Below, in pieces: positions 10,190-19,545 of a stretch of 64,000 nucleotides of DNA. Numbering within the stretch: the stretch's first letter is position 1; every line of letters starts with the position of its first letter. The position numbers were made by a program, and so were the translations under genes. Below the pieces are notes generated by a model. It was not told where the DNA came from and did no database searches. It was given only the letters and a program-made list of their open reading frames with translations. Source of the DNA: an uncultured delta proteobacterium (GTDB lineage: Bacteria > Desulfobacterota > Binatia > UBA9968); assembly GCA_963745035.1 (NCBI GenBank), contig CAVUVW010000014.1, positions 128,001 through 192,000 of the forward strand, given 5' to 3'.

Positions 10190-10205
10190 AGCAACCGCCA
10201 TGCCG
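10190..10205 (-). promoter_or_regulatory. putative sigma54 promoter
   Basis: Minus strand CGGCATGGCGGTTGCT (GG-N10-GC) ~50 nt upstream of ATG 10141. Confidence 0.55.
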
Positions 10206-11059
10206 TTAATAGGTCGCCAACTCTAGTGCGCGTAAGAACTGAAATTCAAACGATTCGTTTTCATGGCACACACCAAGCAGATCGGAAATACTGTAACCGT
10301 CGTTGTCATTTTGGTAATGGTGCGTATCGGAAAGTTGACTGCTCAGTCAAAACTGCAGCCGTGATGGGACTTACAGACCTCTCGACACCCGCCACGTACA
10401 GCGAACACGGCGTTAGAAAATGCTTGTCTGCGCGGCTTTCAGTTGATCGAGAACTTGCCGGCGCCTTACCTTCTTGTGCGATGTCAGCCTGCTCATGAGC
10501 AACCGCCGCGCCAAACATTTGGTAATCGTGACCATACACATAACAGCGCTTACTTCTTGCGTTAATCATTGCGTCTTTATCTTAGCAAAACACGCAAGGG
10601 TAACTTCTATATTACCCGGACGGCGCTAAGCGGTAACAAAACCGCTACCCGGTTTATTGCTGTCTGAGATAGCGGGATCTACCGCGGGTACATAGGAGAA
10701 AAGATTCGCGGGGTTGGCCAGCGATACTCGTCAGGAACCTGTAACTGGGTGTTCGACGCTGCCATGCCCTTTGCGCGAGCGAGTGTATACCAACTGAAGA
10801 AAGATCCAGAGACTGGCCGATTCTCGACCTTGTCGTCGAACATCGAGCAACGATTGCGCGCAAGGGTGGTGCGAGGTTTTTTGATTCGAACGGAGGCTCT
10901 CTGCCCCGCTTTCGATGGGTATTCGAGCTGACAACTTTCAGGTCCCCTCAGAAACTCAAAGACTCCATCCCGATTCCGAGACTACATTTCCGTAATGCTT
11001 AACGGACGAGGAGTTCTTCATCGTTGCAATACGGCATCAACGAATTTAGTTTGAATGGC

Positions 11060-14000
11060 ATGGCTGTACGACCTAGCCGTTCAACGTCGCTCAAAAAATT
11101 TGACAGGCTCATCCAGTCAAGCGCCTCGCCTCGCTCCGCGAAAAATCACCTTCTGCGGCTCATCGAAGCGAGCACGATCGCCGCGCTCGACAGGATACCG
11201 ACTGCCGAACTGCCGGCCCTGTTCCGATTATTGGGCGGCAGCGCTTTCCTGAGCGATGTGCTCATACGCGAGGGACAGAACTGGCCCGCGCTATTTTTGC
11301 GGCAAACTCGAACGCGACTGAAGTCCGTCGCGGAACACATGAAGGAACTCGACGCCGCTGCAAAAGATGCGGCGTCCTTCGATGAGTTCTGCGCGGCTCT
11401 GCGACGGCACAAGCAGCGGGAGTACCTGCGCATCGGCGCGCGCGATTTGACGCCAGGCGTGGAGGTGGAAGAAACCGTGCGCGAGCTGACGGCGCTTGCC
11501 GAAGCGTCGCTGGAGTCCGCCTACCGTTTCAGTCGAATCGAAGTGGAGAAACTTTATGGCACGCTGCCGCTTCCCGGAGCGAATGAGCCCAACCGCTTCG
11601 TCATCTTTGGCATGGGCAAACTGGGAGGCGGCGAGCTGAATTTCAGCTCCGACGTCGATGTTATTTTTCTTTTTGAGAGCGATGAAGGCGAAAGCTCCGG
11701 CGGCGCCAAAGGGAAAGCATCGCCGCGAGAGTTTTTCTCCGAAGTCGGCAAAAGAATCATCCAGGCCATGGGCAAGGTCACCGAAGACGGCTTTGTCTTT
11801 CGCATCGACCTGAGGCTTCGCCCCCTGGGCGCCAACGGGCCGCTGGTGCAATCGGTCAACTCCGCGATGCTCTATTACGAATCCTGGGGCCAGTGCTGGG
11901 AGCGGGCGGCGTTGATCAAGGCCCGCTCCGTCGCCGGCGCGCGCGATTTGGGCAACGCTTTCCTCAAAGAAGTCGAGCCTTTTGTCTACCGGCGTTATCT
12001 GGATTACACGACCGTCGATGAGCTCCGTCATATGAAAGCGCGCATCGAGAACGAGCTGCTCGGCGTAAATGACAAGGAACGCAACGTCAAGCTCGGCATT
12101 GGCGGCATTCGCGAGATCGAATTTTTCACTCAAGCGCTTCAGTTGGTTAACGGCGGATACGAGCCGAGCTTTGCGAACTCCCAGCCACTTTGCCTGCCTT
12201 GGCCGAGCTCGCGCAGCGCGAATTCATCTCGAAGAAAGAACGCGACTTGCTCACCGAGGCGTATCGTTTCTTGCGGCAAGTCGAGCACAAAGTGCAGATC
12301 GTCCAGGAAGCGCACGCTCATTCGATACCCGCCGGCAAAGAAGAAGAACTGGCGCTTGCGCGCCGGTTGGGATACCGGCGCAAAGGCGGGCGCGGCGAGC
12401 GCGAGCAATTTTGGCGCGACTACCGCCGCCAGACGAAGAACGTGCGCAGCATCTTCGACCGTCTGTTTTACAGCGCGCAAAAGGAAATCGAACACGAGGC
12501 TGCCTCCAGCGCAGGTTCGGTGTGGCACGATCTCGATCGCCAAGAAATCGTCCTGGCGGAGCTGGCGGCGGCCGGCTTTGCCGATCCGGCGAAAGCGTAC
12601 GAACATCTTCTTGCCATACGCGACGGCGAAGTTTACGCGCCGCCGAGCCCACGGCGCTTGAAAGTGATGCGCCTGCTCGGCCCGGCTTTGATGGCCGAGA
12701 TCATCAATTCAAGCGCGCCCGAACGCGCCCTGTTCAATCTTGCCGAATTCAGCCACCGCATCGGCGGACGCACCGGATTTCTCACTTTGCTCGCCGAGAA
12801 CCCCGAAACCATGCGCCTGCTGATCACGCTCTTCGCCGAGAGCCAGTTTCTCACCGACCTGTTTCTCAACCGGCCCGAGCTGATCGATACTTTGATTCGC
12901 GTCGATCTCACGCGCGTCGAAAAAACCCGGGCGGAGATGCTCGCCGAGCTGCGCGCGGCGCTCGCCGAGCACGACGACGTGGAGGCCAAGCTCAACGCGC
13001 TCCGCCGGTACAAAACCGAAGAGTTCATCCGCATCGGCTTGCATGATCTCGGCGGCGAGCTGGAGCTCGTGCAGGTGCTGACGCAACTATCCAAGCTCGC
13101 CGATGCCTGCCTGCAGGCAGCGGTCGATTTGACGTTGGCCGAATTAGAGCAAAAGCACGGCGCGGTTCCGGATGGTCAGTTCGTTGTGGTGGGCGGCGGG
13201 AAGCTCGGCGGCCGCGAGCTGGATTACAATTCCGATCTCGACTTGATTTTCGTCTACAAAGCCTCAGGCGAGGAGAAGAGCGCGGGCGGATTCCCGGCGC
13301 ATGAGTACTACGTTCGCGCCGGCCAGAAACTGCTCACCTATCTCAGTGCGCCGACAGAGGAGGGGATCGCCTATAAAGTTGACATGCAGCTGCGCCCATC
13401 GGGCAAGGCCGGACCGCTGGTCTCGTCCCTCGACGCCTTTCGCGACTATCACAAAACCAGCTCGCAGCTCTGGGAGCGTCAGGCGCTGATCAAGACGCGC
13501 TTTGTCGCCGGCGATCCGTCCCTCGGCAGGGAAGTGGAAAGAATTACCGGCGCGTTTGCCTACGGCAGGACTCTTCGGCCCGAGGAGATCGGCGAGATTC
13601 ATCATCTGCGCATGCGCATGGAGCGCGAGCTCGCCGGCGAGGACGAGAGCCGGTTCAATCTCAAGAAAGGACGGGGCGGTCTGGTCGACATCGAATTTCT
13701 CACCCAGATGCTGCAGCTCACCCACGGCCACGATTCCGCCAAGCTGCGCCGGCGCGAAACCCTCGAAGCGCTGCGGATGCTTCACGAGGAGAAAATTTTG
13801 CGGCGCGACGAATACAAGCTTTTGTCCGAAGGATATCTCTTTCTGCGCCGCCTCGATCACCGCCTGCGCCTCGAGCGTGACCAATCCATCGATGCGTTCG
13901 AAGCCGAGCCGGCGCGGCTGCAAAGCATCGCCCGGGCGCTCGGCTACAACGACGGGGCCGGACGAAGCCGAAAAGACAATCCAAGACCTGGCCTAAAGCT

Positions 14001-14094
14001 GCTCCGCGACTATCAGAACAATCGCGAGCAGATCCGCGCCTGCTATGAGCGCTACTTCCTGGCCGCCACCGAGACGTCAGAGACAAAACTCTAG
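11060..14094 (+). CDS. glnE: bifunctional glutamine synthetase adenylyltransferase/adenylyl-removing enzyme (frameshift near 12170-12190)
   Basis: Two nucleotidyltransferase domains: GMGKLGGGELNFSSDVD...RIDLRLRP and GGGKLGGRELDYNSDLD...KVDMQLRPSG. Confidence 0.95.
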
Positions 14095-14468
14095 GCGCTC
14101 TTCGAAGGTTTCCCGCCGCGATGTGAGAGCCTCGGGAGATATCTCGCCGCGAGAGATTCTGAAACCAGCCTGGTTTGTATCGCACCTCTCTAACGGCGTT
14201 ATTTTTTGATAGCGCGGCTGGGAGTATGATTCTCTCCCCCCGCTCAAAACAGTGCTGTGGCCTGACGCAGGACCTCATTGGTCGGTCCTATCCCAATTAT
14301 GATAATTTTTCACCCAGCTGGAGGGGGTCTGACCGGGTTCAATCTTTGGTGGTACGCGAAACTCCGTCGAGCGCCGGCTCGGCGCGCCACCCAGGTTTCC
14401 AATCGTTCCGGTAGATTTTTAAAATAAGTTTATTGACAGTAGCACGACTTCTAAGCTATGGTCGCGGC

Positions 14469-14873
14469 ATGAAAACACAATTGCTAAGGGGCATTGCCCT
14501 GGCTTCATTGGTAACCGTACTGGCAGCTCCGGTTTACGGACAAACGGCAGATTCGGCTCAAGAAGTCGCCGAGCCGTCCGTGACCGAAGAAGCCGGCTGG
14601 GGTGTGGGAGCGGCTCTGGCAAGCGTCTTTTATATCCCGGTGAAAGTTACCTATGCGGGATTGGGCTTGCTCACCGGCGGACTGGGTTGGGTGTTCAGCG
14701 GCGGTAGAGCGGATGTTGCCAACAACATCATCTACCCTGCGGTCGGCGGCCACTACGTCGTAACGCCAAGTCAACTCAAGGGGACCGAGCCGATCTATTT
14801 CGTCGGCGCTCCGCCGCCCGAGATCGAACCGCGGGCCGATGCTGCTTCTTCGGCTACAACGGCGACTCGCTAG
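14469..14873 (+). CDS. secreted/membrane hypothetical protein
   Basis: Signal peptide, GWGVGAALASVFYIPVKVTYAGLG hydrophobic segment; 3' end overlaps lpxA. Confidence 0.7.
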   Translation: MKTQLLRGIALASLVTVLAAPVYGQTADSAQEVAEPSVTEEAGWGVGAALASVFYIPVKVTYAGLGLLTGGLGWVFSGGRADVANNIIYPAVGGHYVVTPSQLKGTEPIYFVGAPPPEIEPRADAASSATTATR

Positions 14874-15642
14874 CGCCGAAGCAAACTCCCCGTCTCGAAG
14901 CTTTGATAAAATCCAGTAGGGCCGACACGTCCGGGTTGGCCCTGCCGGATTTTTCTATTTCCTTCACCGCCAACGCGAGATTCCGTCCTTTCCGAAACAA
15001 CACGCGGAAGGCGTCGCGGATCGCGCGAATTCTTTTCTCGTCGAAGCCGGCGCGCTTGAGGCCGATGACGTTGACGCCGCGCACCGTGTGCTGCCAGTCG
15101 ATCAGCGCATAGGGCGGCACGTCGCGGCTCGTGCCGCTCAGCCCGCGCATCAGCGCGTAGTCGCCGATCCGCACGAACTGATGGACCACGCAATTGCCGG
15201 AAATAAAGGCGTTGTTGCCGACCTCCACGTAGCCGGCGAGCAAAGCGCCGTTGGCCAGGACGACGTTGTTGCCCAGCCGGCAATTGTGGCCGACGTGGGA
15301 ATTCGCCATGAGAAAGTTGTCATCGCCGATGACCGTCGCCGAGTCGGCGGCGGTGCCGCGGTGAATTTGCACATGCTCGCGAATGATATTGCGTTGACCG
15401 ATCCGAAGATAGGTTTCCTGCCCGCCGTACGCTTTGTCCTGCGGCGCGCCGCCGAGCGCGGCGCCGGGGTGGATCTCGTTGTCCTCGCCGATTTCAGTCC
15501 AGCCGGTAAGATACGCGTGCGCCATGACGCGCGTGCCGCGGCCGATCCGCACGCGCCCCTCGATCACCACGTAGGCGCCGATTTCAACGTCGGCGGCGAT
15601 CTCGGCCTGCGAATCGATAACTGCGGTCGGGTGAATGGACAT
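14854..15642 (-). CDS. lpxA: acyl-ACP--UDP-N-acetylglucosamine O-acyltransferase
   Basis: IHPTAVI hexapeptide repeats, GGAPQD, IHRGT, SHVGHNC, VHQFVRIG, DVPPY. Confidence 0.93.
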   Translation of the reverse strand: MSIHPTAVIDSQAEIAADVEIGAYVVIEGRVRIGRGTRVMAHAYLTGWTEIGEDNEIHPGAALGGAPQDKAYGGQETYLRIGQRNIIREHVQIHRGTAADSATVIGDDNFLMANSHVGHNCRLGNNVVLANGALLAGYVEVGNNAFISGNCVVHQFVRIGDYALMRGLSGTSRDVPPYALIDWQHTVRGVNVIGLKRAGFDEKRIRAIRDAFRVLFRKGRNLALAVKEIEKSGRANPDVSALLDFIKASRRGVCFGASESPL

Positions 15643-15657
15643 TAGAACGAGCCGGCT

Positions 15658-15855
15658 TTAGCTGAGGGGTTTCTTGTTTTCCTGGTCTTCATCGCCGGGA
15701 TCGAAGTCCGTTTCCTCCGCGGGAATGCGATAGCGCTCCTGCGTCCAGGCGCCGAGATCGATCAACCGGCAGCGCTCCGAGCAGAACGGCCGGTGCGGAT
15801 TGTTTTCCCACGCCGCTTCCTTGCGGCACGTCGGACATTTCACCTTGGCCGGCAT
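15658..15855 (-). CDS. yacG: DNA gyrase inhibitor YacG (zinc-binding)
   Basis: CPTC...[16 protein letters not shown]. Confidence 0.92.
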   Translation of the reverse strand: MPAKVKCPTCRKEAAWENNPHRPFCSERCRLIDLGAWTQERYRIPAEETDFDPGDEDQENKKPLS

Positions 15856-16202
15856 GAATCTCTCCATCGCTTCGCGCCCGTTCGCGCCATTCCGCAGCCC
15901 ACGCTTTCTGGCTTACCTATTTTCTTTTTTCTTCTCAAGCAAAGGAGATTGTGGTTAACGGGACGCCAAAGCTCATGATCGACCGCAAACGCTTAACATC
16001 CCCCAATACGATTCTTCATCTTCGACCCTCTTCACCGATTTGCACTCCCGGAAGATTCAACTATATTCGTCGGCAATGCGAGCAAAACTCGCGGCTGCTC
16101 AGGCGACCGAGCTGGACAGAACCTCTCGCACTTACAACTCAAATGACAGGGACAATGCTCCGCAACAATTTAAGGCAAGCCGAAAGGAACGTTTACGAGA
16201 AA

Positions 16203-17162
16203 ATGATCCACACTGCCGTTTTGCTTCTTTTCGTCCTCCTGTTTCAAGCTTGGCCCGCCACGGCGCAAGTCGAATTTCCCATCGGCTATGTGTCGCGCGG
16301 CGGCAGCTATGCCTTTATCAGCCTGATCGAGCAGCACAAGTTATTGGAACAGGAGGGCATCAAGCCCACCTTTGTCTACATCGGCGGGCCGCAGGTGTCG
16401 CAGGCGCTCATTTCCGGCGATATTCGCATGGCAATCGTCGCCGCCGCCAGTCCGATCCGCGCCGCGGCGCATGGCGCCGACCTGCGCTTTGTCGGCGGCG
16501 TGACCGATAAGGAGGTGGCGGCGTTTGTTGCCGAGCCGCACATCAAGTCGCCCGCCGACCTCAAAGGTACGCGGTTGGCGATCGACCGGCTCGGCGACTA
16601 TAGCGACTTTCGCGCGCGAAAAGTGTTGGAAATGTTCGGCCTGCAGGCGCAGAAAGACGTGATGCTGCTCCAGATCGGCGCCCAGACCGCGCGGTTCGCG
16701 GCACTGAAGAACGGGCATGTGCAATCGACGTTTGTCGTACCGCCGCTGACTCTGGTGGCGCGCAAGTCCGGCTTGCGCGAGCTCGCGGATCTCGGCGAAC
16801 TCGGCTTTCCCTCGTCCTCCGGCGCATTCGTAGTCATGCAGTCGACCATCGACAGAAATTCCAAAGAAATTTACGGCGTCCTGCGCGCCTTTACCAGAGC
16901 GATCAGGCTTTACAAGAACGACAAAGAGCAGGCGCTCGGCGCGATCGCCCGGTTCATGCGCATCAACGATCGCGAGGCATTGGAGGAAACTTGGCGGATG
17001 AATGCCAAAGTGCTCAAAGACATCCCCTCTCCGCCGCTCGCCGGCATTCGGGTGGTGCGGGATTTCCTGGCGCAGACCGAACCGGAAGTCAAAAAAATGA
17101 ATCTCGAATCGTTCATCACCAGCCAGTTTACCGATCGACTGCAAAAAGAGGGCGTCAAGTAA
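16203..17162 (+). CDS. ABC substrate-binding protein, NMT1/SsuA-like
   Basis: Signal peptide, QALISGDI, IKSPADLKGTRLA, ARFAALKNG. Confidence 0.85.
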   Translation: MIHTAVLLLFVLLFQAWPATAQVEFPIGYVSRGGSYAFISLIEQHKLLEQEGIKPTFVYIGGPQVSQALISGDIRMAIVAAASPIRAAAHGADLRFVGGVTDKEVAAFVAEPHIKSPADLKGTRLAIDRLGDYSDFRARKVLEMFGLQAQKDVMLLQIGAQTARFAALKNGHVQSTFVVPPLTLVARKSGLRELADLGELGFPSSSGAFVVMQSTIDRNSKEIYGVLRAFTRAIRLYKNDKEQALGAIARFMRINDREALEETWRMNAKVLKDIPSPPLAGIRVVRDFLAQTEPEVKKMNLESFITSQFTDRLQKEGVK

Positions 17163-17329
17163 CGAACGCTTCTTTGCAGTCGCGGAATTTTACTCTATAG
17201 TCGGCTCTGCTGCCCAGCCCACGGCACCTGCGGTTTCGTTTCGTTTGCGATGAGTCCACGCGGCGCGGACGCCTGAGAAGTTTTTGGGGCCGTGCGCCGC
17301 ATACACAGTTCGTTGGAGGCAAGAAAATT

Positions 17330-18175
17330 ATGATGGCCTATCCCTACGACGATGCGCGAATCATTCTCGCGCTGCAGATCGATCATTCACGCGTGGCGGG
17401 TTATTTTGCCGCCCATTGGGGGAACAAGGAATTCGACCGTCCCTCTCCCTACTCTTCCGTCGTCCTGGCAGCCACGGAACATGATATCGGCTGGTGGGAA
17501 TGGGAAATGAAGCCTTCGACGTTGAACGAGAAGGGATTCCCTCTGGATTATCACGACGGCAGTTTCAAATATCTCGGACAACTGCGGCTCGACTTTTATA
17601 AAAATTCCGTCGATCGCGTTTTAGGCCGTGATCCTTACGCCGCCATGTTGATGGCGATGCATGGAGTAGCGTTGATGAACTCCGGCTACGGGAAATATAG
17701 CTACCCGCCCGATCGCACCGGCGATCCGCGCGTCAAGGCCTACGTCGATCATCAGGAAGACCTGCGCTTGAAGTTGCTCGATCAGTTGCGCCAGTCGGCG
17801 GAGTTTAGACAGCATTGCTCCGACGAACAGGTTTGGCTCAACTACGAGTACCTGGAGGTTTTCGATCAACTGGCGCAATTCGTTTGCAACCGCTATCCGC
17901 TGAACAGCAAAGCGCGCAAACTCGGCCCGACCAATTCGTTGAACGACGTCGATGTGCCGACCAAGCACGGCAAGCCTGCGGTAAAACTCCACGTCGACAC
18001 GGTGGGCGAAAACAAGGCGGTCATTCGCCCCTACCCGTTTGACATCGATCCGCTGCCAGTTTCTTTCGCCGCCCGCCTGGTGCCGAACCGCGTCTATAAA
18101 GACGGCGAAGATTTTCTCGGCGAGTTCTACCGCGCCGAACACGTCCCGATCAAACACACCCTGACATCGGCCTAG
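17330..18175 (+). CDS. DUF3891 family protein
   Basis: QIDHSRVAGYFAAHW...EHDIGWWEWE...PYPF pattern. Confidence 0.75.
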   Translation: MMAYPYDDARIILALQIDHSRVAGYFAAHWGNKEFDRPSPYSSVVLAATEHDIGWWEWEMKPSTLNEKGFPLDYHDGSFKYLGQLRLDFYKNSVDRVLGRDPYAAMLMAMHGVALMNSGYGKYSYPPDRTGDPRVKAYVDHQEDLRLKLLDQLRQSAEFRQHCSDEQVWLNYEYLEVFDQLAQFVCNRYPLNSKARKLGPTNSLNDVDVPTKHGKPAVKLHVDTVGENKAVIRPYPFDIDPLPVSFAARLVPNRVYKDGEDFLGEFYRAEHVPIKHTLTSA

Positions 18176-18179
18176 CAGA

Positions 18180-19055
18180 ATGAAACCCGCGAGCTTCACG
18201 TACCACGATCCGACGACCATCGAGGATGCGTTGCACTTGATGGCAGAGTTCGGGGATCAAGCTCGCCCCTTGGCAGGCGGGCAGAGTCTTGTGCCGTTGA
18301 TGAATTTTCGGCTGCTTCGCCCAGCCCACCTGATCGATCTCAACGGCATCGACGCGCTGCGTTTTATCGAAGCCGACAAGGATGTATTACGCATCGGCGC
18401 GATGACGCGCCAGCGCGAGGTGGAGCGCTCGGATGCCGTTGCGCGTTTCTGCCCGTTGCTCTGTGAGGCCACGGCGTTGATCGGGCATGTTCAAATCCGC
18501 AGTCGCGGCACCATCGGCGGCAGCGTGGCCCACGCCTTTCCGTCGGCGGAATTGCCCGTCGCGATGGCGGCGCTCGATGCGTCTTTCGTCTTGCGCTCGA
18601 CGAGCGCGCGACGCATCGTCCGCGCCGGCGATTTTTTTCTCTCGTACATGACGACCGTACTCGATCCCGGCGAGATTCTTGCCGAGATCCAGATTCCAGC
18701 GCTGCCGGGGAACGCCGGCTGTTCCTATCAGGAAGTCAGCCGCCGCCACGGCGATTTCGCCTTGGCCGGCGCTGCCGGAGTGCTCGCCTTGGACGCGAGC
18801 GGAACGATCTGTCATGCCCGTCTAACGCTTACCGGAACGACGCCGATTCGCGCGGAAGCAGCGGAAAACGCTCTTCTCGGCGAGAGGCCTTCCGACGCGC
18901 TGTTCCGCGACGCCGCCCGACGGGCGACCGAGAATCTGGAACAGGACTCGGACATTCACGCCACCGCGGAATACCGCCGGAGCGCCTGCGCGGCGCTCAC
19001 CTATCGCGCGCTCGCTCAAGCGGCGCACTGCGCCGCCGAACAGAAACTACAGTGA
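18180..19055 (+). CDS. molybdenum hydroxylase FAD-binding subunit (CoxM/XdhB-like)
   Basis: MKPASF, LAGGQSLVPLMNFR, IRSRGTIGGS, RRHGDFA. Confidence 0.92.
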   Translation: MKPASFTYHDPTTIEDALHLMAEFGDQARPLAGGQSLVPLMNFRLLRPAHLIDLNGIDALRFIEADKDVLRIGAMTRQREVERSDAVARFCPLLCEATALIGHVQIRSRGTIGGSVAHAFPSAELPVAMAALDASFVLRSTSARRIVRAGDFFLSYMTTVLDPGEILAEIQIPALPGNAGCSYQEVSRRHGDFALAGAAGVLALDASGTICHARLTLTGTTPIRAEAAENALLGERPSDALFRDAARRATENLEQDSDIHATAEYRRSACAALTYRALAQAAHCAAEQKLQ

Positions 19056-19058
19056 CGC

Positions 19059-19541
19059 ATGAATACCCGAAAAATACAGCTTACCGTCAATGGAGGCGAA
19101 TACGTCGGTGAACTCGAAGCTCGCAAACTGTTGACCGATTTTTTGCGCGACGATCTTGGACTGACCGGAACCCACGTCGGCTGCGAACACGGCGTCTGCG
19201 GCGCTTGCACGATTTTGTTGGACGGCGAGCCGGTGCGTTCTTGTTTGCTGTTCGCGGTACAGGCCAACGGCGCCGACTTGAAAACCATTGAAGGTCTGGC
19301 GCCCAGCGCCACCGAGCTGCATCCGCTACAAGAAAATTTCTGGGCGATGCACGGTCTGCAGTGTGGCTTCTGCACGCCGGGCATTTTGCTGACTGCGGAA
19401 GCGTTATTGAAAGAGATCCCAAACCCGACGGAAACAGAAATTCGCGAATGGCTTAGCGGCAACTTGTGCAGGTGCACCGGCTATCAGAACATCGTCGCGG
19501 CGATCCAGGAGACAGCCAGGGCGCGGGCAAAAGCACAGTAG
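19059..19541 (+). CDS. molybdenum hydroxylase 2Fe-2S subunit (CoxS-like)
   Basis: [27 protein letters not shown]. Confidence 0.95.
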   Translation: MNTRKIQLTVNGGEYVGELEARKLLTDFLRDDLGLTGTHVGCEHGVCGACTILLDGEPVRSCLLFAVQANGADLKTIEGLAPSATELHPLQENFWAMHGLQCGFCTPGILLTAEALLKEIPNPTETEIREWLSGNLCRCTGYQNIVAAIQETARARAKAQ

Positions 19542-19545
19542 AATC

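Noticed and set aside
10226-11020. Short ORFs in the lower-GC spacer before glnE
   Set aside because: No convincing RBS, motifs or RNA structure identified by eye.
12160-12200. Programmed frameshifting in glnE, glmS or pyrD
   Set aside because: No shared slippery motif seen; scattered indels are better explained by sequencing error.
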